Assembly: GCF_006345805.1 (NCBI RefSeq) | Contig: NC_043001.1 | Span: 34,224,001-34,288,000 of the forward strand | From: Octopus sinensis | Taxonomy: Eukaryota | Direction of reading: 5' to 3' | Length of the DNA: 64,000 nt | Shown here: positions 37,453-50,335 of the stretch, one piece after another | Position numbering within the stretch: position 1 is the first letter of the stretch | Layout of the letters: each line of letters opens with the position of its first letter | Translations under genes and position numbers: made by a program | Notes under the pieces: generated by a model | Database searches by the model: none | Told to the model about the DNA's origin: nothing | The model's input: the letters and a program-made list of their open reading frames with translations, nothing else

Positions 37453-37483
<31 letters not shown>

Positions 37484-37488
37484 GCATG

Positions 37489-37560
<72 letters not shown>

Positions 37561-37874
37561 AATCTATCCACACACACACAGACACACGCACACACACACA
37601 TACACGAGTACATACATACATACATACATCATACATACATACATACATACATACATGCATACATAATATAGCTAGGGTTTTTAGAAAAAGAAATCAACCT
37701 GCTAACACGTTTATTACTCAATGAATTCAATGAATTATCCTTCCCTTCCTTATTAAGACAATGATTTGAGTGAGGTTGTTATTTCTAGTAGGTCGGGCGA
37801 CCACATCGTGGCTCCGGTTCTTTATAATGTATATGTTGTTGTATATGCACAATGATGAAGAAAAGAAACCTTAC

Positions 37875-37906
37875 GTAGCCTTGAACCCGGAATTTCAGCC
37901 CTGGAT
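37875..37906 (-). CDS. Candidate 32-nt micro-exon
   Basis: Acceptor CTTTCTTCTGCATTTCTCTACCAAAG| and donor CTAC|GTAAGG. Open as SRAEIPGSRL (phase 2 to 1) or PGLKFRVQGY (phase 1 to 0). Confidence 0.25.
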
Positions 37907-38296
37907 CTTTGGTAGAGAAATGCAGAAGAAAGCATGTGAACATTTCATAATTGTAGGAATAAATAAATAAATAAATAAATAAATAAATGAATATATAAAT
38001 AAATAAATAACCTATCTGTATAAGGCATATAGATTCATTTGACCGTTTCAAGATCACAATATAGTCAATAGGAGATAACTTGATAGGAGTTCGAGTGCAT
38101 CTTATCTGTTCACCTCAAATATAAAGAAATGTATATGCCGCAAAAGATCAATCATTATTCCTCTCTTTCTTTGCCCCATTTTTTTTTATTATTATTATCA
38201 TTATCTTGTACTTAATATTCGTCCCTTTTCCATATCTTCTCTCTAACTCTGATGCATTTTCCAAAGAAATAAAACTGTAAGTAAATGAAGATTGTT

Positions 38297-38396
38297 NNNN
38301 NNNNNNNNNNNNNNNNNNNNNNNNNNNNNNNNNNNNNNNNNNNNNNNNNNNNNNNNNNNNNNNNNNNNNNNNNNNNNNNNNNNNNNNNNNNNNNNN
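38297..38396. other. Assembly gap (100 N)
   Basis: Run of N; the true length is unknown. Confidence 0.99.
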
Positions 38397-39370
38397 TGTG
38401 TGTGTGTGTTATGTATAAATATATTATTTATATTATTATATGATCGAACGCCACGCATCCTTTTCCAAGTATATATATAATATATATTATATATATATAA
38501 TAGTCAATTTAACGAACAAACAGTAAAAAAAAACGAATGATAAACGAAAAGAGAAACGTTAGCACGCTTGGCGAAATGCTTAGCGTTCTGTCTTTACGTT
38601 CTGAGTTCAAATTCCACGGAGGTTGACAAAATACTGAAACATTAATATAGAATGTAAACGGCGGAGCTTAAATTAAATATTAATTTCAAATTTTGGCACA
38701 AGGCCACTGATTTCAGTGGTGGTGGTGTCAAGTCAATTACATCGACACCAGTGTTCAACTGGTACTTAATTTATCGACGCCAAAGGGGATGAAAGGCAAA
38801 GTCAACTTCGGTGGAATTTGAAAACTGAACGTAAGGATAGTCAAACTTCCACTAAGAATACACACACCACACACACACACACACACAAACACACACATAA
38901 CATTTAATAATAGATCATAGGCGTAGGAATGGGTGTGTGGTAAGTAGCTTGCTTACCAACCATATGGTTCCGGGTTCAGTCCCACTGTGCAGCACCTTGG
39001 GCAAGTGTCTTCTATTATAGCCTCGGGGTGACCAAAGCCTCAAGAGTGGATTTGGTGGGCGGAAACTGAAAGAATCCCATATATACACAGACATGCAGGA
39101 AGTAAATAGACATCTTTAATTTTCAAAATTTCTGATCTACGTGTCGTAATATGTTTTTGGCGGTGTAGAACTTACAATGTGATTATTCTTTTTCCTCCCA
39201 GGTGCCATTATATTAAACATTTGCAAAGAGTAACCATGCCACGCACAAAAAAATTCAGCACAAGAGGTCATATTGTTAGGCAACCTGAGGCTGGTCTTAG
39301 CCAGCGAAAAATTGCCTTGAGCTTCCATATATATATATATACATGCATCATACATACATACATATATATA

Positions 39371-39414
<44 letters not shown>

Positions 39415-39424
39415 TCTTTAATAT

Positions 39425-39735
39425 ATATAATCACCGTGATTACTGTGACCGAGCAGGCTATCAGATGTTGCTACACATCGCTGGTCACAATACGCTTTGC
39501 ATTGTTTTAGCCTTCAAGTGACGACACCCATCTGGCTAAGCGAGCAGGCCAATAGAAGAAAGAGTGAGAGAAAGTTGTGGTGAAAGAGTACAGCAGGGAT
39601 CGCCACCACCCCTGCCGGATCCACGTGGAGCTTTAGGTGTTTTCGCTCAATAAACACTCACAACGCCCGGTCTGGGAATCGAAACCGCGATCCTGCAACC
39701 GCGAGCCCGCTGTCCTAACCACTGGGCCATTGCGC

Positions 39736-39737
<2 letters not shown>
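39425..39737 (-). mobile_element. SINE family C, tail type 3
   Basis: C head/body, then CCTGCTCGCTTAGCCAG...ACATCTGATAGCCTGCTCGGTCACAG. Confidence 0.85.
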
Positions 39738-39768
<31 letters not shown>

Positions 39769-39802
39769 CACATCTATATATATATTATATATATATATAT
39801 AA

Positions 39803-39859
<57 letters not shown>

Positions 39860-41111
39860 AATCCTGTATATGCATATCGTTTCCAATCGCTGTGTTATTT
39901 ATTTATATTTATTCTTTTCATAATTTTTTTATCATAAAGAATGTCACGAATTCAACACCCTTTAACATGAAAATAGAAAGAATAAATAACAACTCTCAAA
40001 GGTGAAGCGCTGTCAAGTGTATAACAGAATAGTGTATAGTTTTCAAAGATATCTATTTTTTAAGACAGTCCCTTCATTACTACAGATGTCAACTCAAAAT
40101 TCAAACGTGCCTGGAAAAAAAAAATAATTACCAATTTCGTGATTCTCTATAAACTTCCAACAAGCTTATAGTTTTCAAAATTACCGTGGAATTTCCACTG
40201 ATATTAGCAGTCGATACAAACAAACAAACAAACAAACAGAGAATATTTTCGCATACATATATGAAATTCACTGAAAAGATAGCGCAAAGGTTATCGAAAT
40301 GAAATGAAAACACGCACACTAAAATGTTAAACGCATAGCAAAAATACAAGAAGTTTATAATCTATATCAAAGAGTTTCTACAGGCAATTCATGACCAAGT
40401 AATCTCCACAAAGTAGCTTGCGTACAAAAGAGAAATAACAGCTGGCTGTAAATAAGAGCACCATTGCAATCTTCATCTTTGAATCCCAAGAGCTACCTTC
40501 TTTTTCATACTTATCTTCAGTTACCGCTATTACCTTCATCAATTTCAGCATTCCCGAGTAATACGGGGGGAGCCAGCCTCTACATAATTGGTTGGCATGT
40601 TAGAAAGAGCAGCCAAGTTTTGTTAAAATCCCGTTCTATTGTAAAAGATATGGATAATGTTGTCTGGAGTATACTATGGCTCATAAAGAGAGGAAGACAG
40701 AAATATTCTGTTGACTGATCTGAGTATTATCAGACGTTGAATAGCGGCAGTGTTTATTGTTGTTGTGATACTGGAGTTGTTGTTGATAGTAATGGTGGTA
40801 GTGTTGGTGAAAATGTTGGTATGGAACACTAGTGGTGTTTGCAGCGATGGTGTCGGTGATGTTGGTTGTGGTAATGGAGGAACTAATGATTATGATTGTG
40901 ATGGGTTGGTCACAACAACATTGTTAAAAACACAAACAGTGATAACGAGAGATATTCCCGATTATAGAGACTAGAATAAATGATAAACAGATGCAGTCAT
41001 AGATAGACAGAGACAAAGTTATAAATAGATAAATAGATAGGTGGATAGATGGACATATAGATAGATAGAAAGTAGTTATTTAAACAGACAGGCACTTGGG
41101 TAGAAATTTGA

Positions 41112-41172
<61 letters not shown>

Positions 41173-41463
41173 GTGTGTGTGTGTGTGGTTAGATAGGTGG
41201 CGAGTATATGAGTAGATACACAGATGGACAAGTAGATGGTTCGATAGTTTGATAAATAGATAAATGAACCTATATGTGGATAGACAGACAGATAGTTAAA
41301 TAAATGGTTAGCTATCTAGCTTGCTGGAAAGTTAATCAGAAATTTAGATAACTAGCTTGGTAGCCAGAAATTTAGATAGCTAGCTGGGTTGAAAGATAGT
41401 TAGCTTGATAAATAGGAAGATAGGTGGACAGCAAGCTGTATCGATAAATAAATAAGTAAATAA

Positions 41464-41504
<41 letters not shown>

Positions 41505-41717
41505 AAGACAAGATCGTGTAAACCAGTGGTTTTCAATCATTATTTTTTTTGCCTGTGGAGCCCTTTAATTCATAGTTTCCTCTACCGGATCCTCTTAACC
41601 ATTCGATTTCATCCCTCTATCAATACAACATATAGTTGTAGCAGCAAAACCAGCAGGCATAACTTCGTCAATGCCCCCCCCCCAAAAAAAACAAAACAAA
41701 ACAAACACTACAACACA

Positions 41718-41880
41718 GGTGCTGCCGTTGCTGTGTGGGAAGACGCTTGCTTCCTAACCACATGGTTCTGGGTTCAGTTCTACTGTGCGGCACCTTGGGC
41801 AAATGTGTTATACTATAGCCTCGGATCGACCAAAGCCTTGAGAGTAGATGTGATAGACGGAAAACGAAAGCCCGCCGCAT

Positions 41881-41921
<41 letters not shown>

Positions 41922-42150
41922 TGTATATATATGTGTGTGTGTGTTTTGTGTTTGAAGTTCTCCCCCATCATCACTTGACAACCGGTGTTGGTGTGTTTAC
42001 GTCCCCGTTTTGGCAAGGAAGACCGATAGAATAAGTACTGGGATACAAAAATGTCTTCGGTTCCATTTTTTCGACTAAAACCCTTCAAGGCGGTGCCCCA
42101 GCATGGCCGCAGCCAAATGACTGATACAAGTGAAAAAAAAAGGATAAAAG
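41718..42150 (+). mobile_element. SINE family A, diverged
   Basis: Head, CA tract and tail recognisable. Confidence 0.8.
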
Positions 42151-42185
42151 AACAACACCAGAAACACCTTTTTATAATTAAATAT

Positions 42186-42543
42186 TATTACCTCCGCCTT
42201 AGCGAAGGTGGTGGTATTGTTTTCAGTTGCATTTGTTTGTTTGTCCGTAGACAAGATATCTCAAGAACCGTTGGATAGATTCGAATGAAACTGTCAGGGG
42301 TTTTTGGCCTCGTGACTGGCATGAACTGATTAGATTTTGGGATCGATTCGGTACCAGACAAGGATTCTGGATTATTTTTCCTGTGTTCTTTCTTAACCTA
42401 ATTTTTGAGAGCGGTCGGGTTCATTTTTAGTATTCTCGTTTGAAAGAGCAGTCGAGTTTATTTAAAATATTCTCATTTTAAAAATCATCTCCAGCTAATC
42501 GTGTTGTCTTGGCGGAGGTTTGCGCTTTCTGAGTGTTCTTATT
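42186..42543 (+). mobile_element. Helentron-associated non-autonomous element (HINE/DINE-1-like)
   Basis: Sub-TIRs TTACCTCCGCC / GGCGGAGGT, a (TTTG)n-like tract after the 5' sub-TIR, and a short 3' stem-loop GCGCT..AGTGT. Confidence 0.7.
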
Positions 42544-43169
42544 TGGAATTGTATCAAGAATTGTTAAAACGTTAAGGTGTCGAGCTGGCAGAAAAGTTAG
42601 CACGCCGGGCAAAATGCTTAGAGGAATTTCGCCTGTCTTTACGTTCTGAGTTCAAATTCAACCGAGATCGATTTTGCCCTTTCATTTTTTCGCGGTGTAT
42701 AAATTAAATTCCAGTTGCGTACTGGGGTCGATCTAATAGACTGGTTCCCTTCCCCCAAATTCTTGGGCCTTGTGCCTAGCGTAAAGAATTGTTAAAATAT
42801 TTTGTCTAGTATAGAAATATAACCAGTTTATTACACATGCATTTTAACAACACAAACTTTATGTAGACCCTTAAGGGCCGTATGAATCTCGGTGGAGAAC
42901 CACTGAGTAAAGAACAATGTAATGCTATTTGTATAGCAGGTGTGATGAAGGAAATATTCTGTTGACCAGTGGGAGTACTTTAAGAATATGGACAATGGCG
43001 ATGTTGACGCAGAGATGCTGCAGTTGCCGTTCTTCTTCTTCTTCTTCTTCTTCTTCTTCTCACGTCTCACGCCATTATCCACAAAGAATAATCTCTAATT
43101 CGAGCCTACTCTGAGCTACTAACTTGAAGATCCACCCACCACACACGATAGACTGGCGGTTGCACGGGC

Positions 43170-43519
43170 GCGAAAGCTACGTTGTTATCCTCATTCTGTA
43201 AACGGTGGCTTTTAACGGGTGGAGAGCTGAACCATCTTGGGTTACAGAGGATTCGCAATCTAGACTAGGGCCTGAAAGTTTACCACACCATAATAGGTTA
43301 CACCATGGTTCCTCTGCTTTGTGGCAGAAGTAGGAAGAAAGAGTGAGAGAAAGTTGTGGTGAAAGAGTACAGCGGGGTTCATCCAAACACACCGCCAGAG
43401 CCTCGTGGAGCTTAGGTGTTTTTGCTTAATAAACACTCACAATGCCCGGTCTGGGAATCGAAACCGCGTTCTTACGACCGCGAGTCCGCTGCCCTAACCA
43501 CTGGGCCATTGCGCCTCCA
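43170..43519 (-). mobile_element. SINE family C, tail type 4
   Basis: C head/body, then CTTCTGCCACAAAGCAGAGGAACCATGG... Confidence 0.8.
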
Positions 43520-43779
43520 CAGCAGTTGCCGGTGGTAGTAATTGTGGAAGTTATGATAATGAAGCAGTTGGAGTAGTGCTGGTGGTAGTATAGATGGTGG
43601 TGACAGCAGCAGCGGTGGATGTGGTGGTTGTGGTGGTTGTGATGTCCAGTAAGTGGTTGTAGCAGTGGAAGTTGTGATGATTATGAAATCGTTGTTATTA
43701 GTATGATCAATGTAAGCTGTCCGGGAATCATGTTCCTGAGTATTGAGTAGGAAAGGTGGGAGAATGGTAGAGCCAGCAG

Positions 43780-44116
43780 CATCATCATCAGCAGCAGCAT
43801 CGTAATAGGCTGTGGTAGTAGTAGTAATTGCATGGAAAAGTTGAGAGAATGGTAGTGACAGTAGTAGTAGTAGTAGTAGTAGTAGTAGTCGTTATAGTGG
43901 TAGTAATTGTTGTAATTGTAGTAGTAGCAGTTGTGGTAGTAATTGCATGGGATGGTGAGACAATGGTTGTAGTAGTAGTAGTAGTAGTAGTAGTAGCAGC
44001 AGTAGTAGTGGTAGTAGCAATAGCAATAGCTGTAATAGTAGTAGTAGCAGCAGTAGTAGTATGGCAGCAGCACAAGTAGCAGAAGTAGTAGCAGTACTGG
44101 CAGCAGCAGCAGTAGC

Positions 44117-44156
<40 letters not shown>

Positions 44157-44196
44157 TTAGTAGTAGTAGTAGTAGTAGTATTGGTGCTGCGTGTAC

Positions 44197-44230
<34 letters not shown>
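43780..44230. repeat. (TAG)n/(CAG)n compound trinucleotide repeats
   Basis: Direct reading. Confidence 0.93.
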
Positions 44231-45279
44231 TTGGTGCTGTGCGTGGTGTATTGATCTTGTTAGTAAAAGTTGCTGGTAGAAAAAAATGGAGGGCGTATTT
44301 GGATAGTGTGGCTGAGAAAGGTGTGTGTGTGTGTGTTTGTGTGTGTATGTGTGTGTGTGTGTGTGTGTATGTGTGTGTGAGTACGAGTGTACGTTCGTGT
44401 GAGTGTGTTAGCGGGTGTGTGTATGGATGCAAGGAGGAGGTAGGAAAAAAGGATTTCGGTCGATCATATATATATATCGCGCTAAGTGATTAAGGCTCTC
44501 TCTGTTGTGTGTAGAATCAAGGATTATGGCTGAAATAGAATAGATAAATCACGGAAGGAAAACCCACACGCCACATCCCTTATACGGAGAAAGAGATGGG
44601 AAAGAGAGAAAGAGAGTGTGGGACAATGTTAAAGCGAGGAAAAAAGAATGAAAGGTGCAACCTCCCTTATATAGTGACAAAGTGGGAGGGTGAGAAAAAA
44701 CAGGTTGGATGAGAGAAAGGGAGATAGAGAGAAAAGGAGAGTAAGAGAGTGTGAGAGAGATGAAGGTAAAGAGAAAGAAGAGAGAGAGAGTGAAAGAGAA
44801 AGAAAAAAATGGGGTAATGCCAAGGTGAAGGAAAAGTGTATGAGAACGTTGTAATATGGATAAGATAAAAAGGGCTGAATATAGAATATATTCAGAAGAG
44901 GGAGAGAAAGAAAGAGAAGAGGGAGAGAAAGAAAGAAAGAGAAGAGGGAGAAAAGTTTGTGATTGGAAGAGCTGGGAGAGAAAGAAAAAAAGGGAAGAAT
45001 AAAGAAAACCCACCCATCCAATGATAAAATAATAGAATAACTCGTAAATTTCAAAGGAAGATATTTGCCTTAAAAAATATAAATATAATTATAGATTTAT
45101 AAAGACACAGTCAGGGTTTTAAGATAAGAGCTATGGATGAAACGCTTTCCAAAGATAAACATTGCGTCTTTTTTGTACAGCTAAAGCTAGGTTGTTCGAC
45201 ATACCATTCCTTATTCCAGACGTTAAATTTTAATCTGAAGGATATTGAGCTGCTAATTCTTGTAGGTTGGTCAACATAC

Positions 45280-45365
45280 TGCAGTAAGGTCTGTGCCAGG
45301 AGCTCCGTTAGGTGCCGCGTTAAGGTCTGTTGACTCATGGTTGATATTGGCAACTTTCCAACATC
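45280..45365 (-). CDS. Candidate 86-nt exon, possibly containing a start codon (CAACC-ATG, MSQQTLTRHLTELLAQTLL)
   Basis: Acceptor TTTGTTTTCTCTTCTCCGCCATCTTATATGTAG| and donor GCA|GTATGT. Two open frames. No homology recognised. Confidence 0.35.
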
Positions 45366-45504
45366 CTACATATAAGATGGCGGAGAAGAGAAAACAAACT
45401 GCTCTGAATAATAAGTAAAACGAATAATCGTTAATACCTACTTAGGTCTCACATGGGCCTTAGGAGTCATAATGTCGGAACTTAACCCGGTCTCAATGGT
45501 ATAC

Positions 45505-45912
45505 TCTTTACTCTTTACTCTTTTACTTGTTTCAGTCATTTGACTGCGGCCATGCTGGAGCACCGGCTTTAATCGAGTAACTCGACCCCGGGACTTATTC
45601 TTTGTAAGCCCAGTACTTATTCTATCGGTCTCTTTTTTGCCGAACCGCTAAGTGACGGGGACGTAAACACACCAGCATCTGTTGTCAAGCGATGCTAGGG
45701 GGACAAACACAGACACACAAACACACACATATATATATTTACATATATACGACAGGCTTCTTTCAGTTTCCGTCTACCAAATCCACTCACAAGGCATTGG
45801 TCGGCCCGGGGCTATAGCAGAAGACACTTGCCCAAGATGCCACGCAGTGGGACTGAACCCGGAACCATGTGGTTGGTTAGCAAGCTACTTACCACACAGC
45901 CACTCCTGCGCC
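45505..45912 (-). mobile_element. SINE family A, full length
   Basis: (CTCTTTTA)n tail complement, body and head. Confidence 0.93.
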
Positions 45913-46077
45913 TATATAAGTGATTATGACTATATTTATAAGATAAGGGAAAACATTAATTTTAGCGGAATTTAATGGTAGGGGAGGAACGAAAACATAA
46001 TTGTTGTAGGCAGGTTTTTGGGCCACTGTCATTTTGGACATACGGCAAGGTAGAAACCAGGTAAAAGCAGTACTTAC

Positions 46078-46143
46078 CCTCTACGTTGAAAATTGGACAT
46101 GTGGACTGACATCATCACTCCGTAAAAAGACCTTTTCACGAAA
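46078..46143 (-). other. Candidate 66-nt exon (likely non-coding/5' UTR)
   Basis: Acceptor TTCTAGTTTTCATTTATCACAG| and donor GAGG|GTAAGT. Its only open frame is not compatible with the open frames of 45365-45280. Confidence 0.3.
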
Positions 46144-46481
46144 CTGTGATAAATGAAAACTAGAAGCAGTTTTACAGTTCGGTCAACAGGAAACAATTGA
46201 TAAAAAATTCAGAAAGTATACTGCCACTAATGTGTACATTCATTTTTAAGACGTTCCAGCAGATGTGAACGTGAATATGCTATTTTTTTGTTGCACTTTA
46301 CTATCACAGAACAGCTTCTCCCTTCAGACATAATGCGTTAACAACACAGACACCGGTGTGACATCTTTTTACTCAGAGACTTCGCCCAAAACATTAAATG
46401 GAAAAAAAAACGGTCGCTCTCATTTATAGAAATCAGTATACAAAAATATTTGCTGATGTGTGCTGATGTCTACCAAACTAT

Positions 46482-46950
<469 letters not shown>

Positions 46951-47566
46951 AGAAACTGGCAATAAATTATTGGGAGCGCGCAAAGCAACAAGAATGAAAA
47001 AGTGATATGTATATTTGTTGACAACACGTTCTGGCAGATTTGGAAATGATTGTGCAATTGGCTGCAAGACTTAGTCTACGGAAAGCAATTCCTTTTACAT
47101 AATGTGTATTAATAACACAAATGGTTCAGTACTGTAAGGGACTGTGAGACACCGGTGTTTCGGTATGTCTGTGTCTCTTCATTGAAATGAATAAGTTGTC
47201 AACACGCATGTCTAAAGGAAGAAGTTGTTCTCGGAAGACGAAACCCAACAATGAAATGCAGATGCACGTTCAAATCTACCGAAACTTTTTTAGAGGTCTA
47301 AATATAGACGTCATTGCTTTGAATCACGCTGATTTGCCCGCTCACAATAATTTAATACTTTTAAACTTAATCAACTTACGGAGACTCTGAAATTATTGAC
47401 AACTTTCATAATAATGTCTTATAGTCAACGTAACACCATCTATCAACTTGTATGAACTTTCTCAAATTATCTGAACTTCCGTTCCACTTGGTTTACAATA
47501 CCAATCTAACACCAATCTAAGGCGTTTTATATTTATTAAGGCTAATCAGAACTATCTAAGCTATCA

Positions 47567-47733
47567 TACGTTCTGAGTTCAAATTCCGTCGAGGTCGACT
47601 TTGCCTTTCATCCTTTCGGAGTCGATAAATTAAGTACCATTTACGCACTGGGGTCGATGTAATCGACTTAATCCGTCTGTCTGTCCTTGTTTGTCTCCTC
47701 TATGTTTAGCCCCTTGTGTGTAGTAAAGAAATA
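47567..47733 (+). mobile_element. SINE family B, 5'-truncated
   Basis: Body and tail, followed by GGTATT. Confidence 0.88.
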
Positions 47734-48627
47734 GGTATTGCTCGCATGCACACACTCATACATAAATTTATAAGCCTACATATACTTACCATACACTATA
47801 CATACACATATAAAGATACGCACATGCGTATACACATACATGATACACATACATATATATTCATATATACTTATTTCAAAACATATATATATGTGAATAC
47901 CTACACACACTTATATATCGAAATTATTAATGTAGAAACAGAGTGCCTTGAAATGTAATTACGCTAAATTTTTATGCAAATACACTATAGAGTTTTAACT
48001 TGTGATTGGATATTTGTAGTTGTTTAGGATTTCAGCTCTGATTTACAGAAATATAAATTTATTCTTTAGAAAAAAGATAACTACAAAGGAGGTAGTATTG
48101 TTAGATCTACATTGCTACAACGGTTTGGCAAAAGTATGTAGCATCAGTATCAGACTTTAAACATTGTTTTGAGTCCGATTTGTTTGCCTAAAACTTCAAG
48201 GCTGAGCCCCCTCATGTGTCTGCAGAGTAATGACTGAAATAAATAAAAGATAACAGATATTATTTTCTTCCTGCAATTGCTAAATGGGCAAATATAATCC
48301 GATATTTTAAAGGCGGCAATGCTCGCTATCTCTTATTTCTTTCAGAAGTCATAGCTCGTTCTTGGTTAACCTTAGTAAAAATATACGCAATAGAGCTGTG
48401 TCGTGAACGAAGTGGAAAGAAAGTTCATACAGTTCAAGAAAGTTCATACATATTGATAGATCGTACTACGTCCAGAACATGACACTGTGAAAGTTATCAA
48501 TAAAGCCTACAGAAGTTGAGAAAGTTTAAAAGTCTTTTTCAGATGGAAAAGTTCAGTAGCAAAGTTCAGTGACGTAACAAAGCTGCCAAATAAGAAAGTT
48601 CGATTGTTTCCTTCTTACTGATAAGTG

Positions 48628-48670
<43 letters not shown>

Positions 48671-48673
<3 letters not shown>

Positions 48674-48883
48674 CGGGAAGCTTTATGAAAATAAACAAAA
48701 GACGAAGGCAGGTGGAATTCAAACAAACAATTGTATTAGTATGGCGCTTAGGAATATAAATAAAACAAGTCTTTTACGTTTCGAGCCTACGCTCTTCAAC
48801 AGAAAGATACACAGAAAAGAAACACAGAAAGAAACAAGGAGAGAAAAAAAATGCGTGCAGAGGCTAGCGAATCAACATGGCAT
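48671..48883 (-). mobile_element. Penelope-like element terminal (pLTR) fragment ending in (TA)n
   Basis: U-rich minus-strand segment abutting a (TA)n tract and containing a hammerhead motif. The Penelope assignment is inferred from that combination. Confidence 0.55.
48770..48807 (-). ncRNA. Minimal type I hammerhead ribozyme-like motif, non-canonical core
   Basis: TCTTT-CTGTTGA-A-GAGC gtag GCTC-GAAAC-GTA-AAAGA gives a 5-bp stem I, a 4-bp stem II, palindromic ACGT stem III and a predicted GUA cleavage site. Confidence 0.6.
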
Positions 48884-49194
48884 ATTGTACATATTGTAGT
48901 TGGCGTATTTGAGTTGTTGCTGGCGTTTGTCTTGACAACCAGCCCTCGGCTTGGTTTTTTACTGTTGTATCAGCTTATAACTTTTCTACTGTTTGATTAA
49001 CTTGGGACACTTTTTCTGGTCCAGATCTTATCAAGCTTACCCATGGACGTCCTTTACACGATTAGCCATCTCCTAAATTCTTTCTTAGATGTGGCTTCAT
49101 CAGAGATCTGGTCTCGTACAATTCAACTTGTTCGAGCTTCTCACCGCCCAGTTTCATGTTAACATTTCCTTTTCCTTTTCCTATCATCACGACT

Positions 49195-50335
49195 GGTGCG
49201 AGTGCTCATATGGCCAATAAGCATTTATGGTTGCGAAACATGTACTTTGACAAGTTTGAAGAGAACATAATCAATACGTTTGAAATGTGGGTGTCTAGGA
49301 GAAGGTTACGAGTCTCTTACAAGGATCATCGGTCACATGCATGAGTGTTACAAGTAGGTGAAAGACGACGACAACCGAACAATGTGGAGAAACAAAAGCT
49401 CATCTGTTATGGCCATATTCGAAGAAGCAGAAGTTTGAGATAGGATCTTTACCTTTTGACCTACAGATTTAAAAAATAATTTTTTGTAACTAAACACTTT
49501 CAAACTTCGGACACTGGTAGAATGTGTCATATAAAACATCTTTTAGTCTTAGCATTTTTGAGAAAAGCTTATATTTACGAAAATATTTCACGTTAAAGTT
49601 GTCCTATTTCGGTAATTTCAACCAATCAATGACGTGTATTCAGCTGAATAAAATTACTACCGTTGTTTGTCAACAACTATCGGCGGTGTATTTTTCGTTT
49701 GTTAATGATATTTATGACATCGTTTGTACTGGTTTTAAGGTTTTAGGGTTAGGGTTTTAGGGTTAGGGTTTTAGAGTTAGGATTTTAGGGTTAGGGTTAG
49801 GGTTTTAGGGTTAGAGTTAAGGTTTTAGGGTTAAGGTTAGGGTTGTCATAAATAATAGTAACAAATGAAATATACACCGCCGGAAGTTCTTGTAGACAAA
49901 CAACGGCAGTAATTTTATTCAGCTGAATACATGTCATCAATTGGTTGAAATTACCGAAATACGAGAAATTTAAGGTGAAATATCTTCGTAAATATAAGTT
50001 TTTCTCAAAATTGCTAAGAGTAAAACATGTTTTATATGACACATTCTACCAGTGTCCGAAGTTTGAAAGTGTTTGGTTACAAAAAATTATTTGTTAAATC
50101 TGTAGGTGAAAAGGTAAATATCCTTGAAATACATTATCATGGAAGTAATAGTAGTGGGTAGTAGACGTAAAGGCAGGCAAATAGCGCAATGGATGGACGG
50201 TATCAAGAGCCGGTTGGGCAAGAATGGCAAGGCAGCTAGAGAACTCGCGCTTTATTGGGGAGACTTCCGTTGTAGTGTCATCCATGCGCTGCAAGCGTAC
50301 GATACATGACGACCACGACGACAACGACGACTGTT
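49195..50335 (+). mobile_element. Decayed RTE-clade LINE 3' end, split by the foldback element
   Basis: Left part: YGCET..INTFEMWVSRRRLRVSYKDH..CYGHIRRS. Right part: KYIIME..GSRRKGRQ..WMDGIKS. The two parts are colinear RTE C-terminal motifs. Confidence 0.75.
49442..50124. mobile_element. Foldback/MITE with ~280-bp inverted arms and telomere-like centre
   Basis: Arms 49442-~49720 and 49844-50124 are reverse-complementary (e.g. CTTTCAAACTTCGGACACTGGTAGAATGTGTCATATAAAACAT). The centre 49732-49842 has 10 exact TTAGGG. Confidence 0.92.

Noticed and set aside
40380-40740. Exon or pseudogene in unique-looking sequence
   Set aside because: All minus-strand frames after the good acceptor hit stops, and no family motif was recognised on either strand.
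41524-42905. One hAT MITE (CAGTGGTTTTCAA ... GAGAACCACTG) containing nested insertions
   Set aside because: The ends are compatible but the 8-bp flanks (GTGTAAAC vs AGTAAAGA) do not match, so they may be separate fragments.
49732-49842. Chromosome end or fusion scar
   Set aside because: The array is short, single-orientation and enclosed in the arms of an inserted element.
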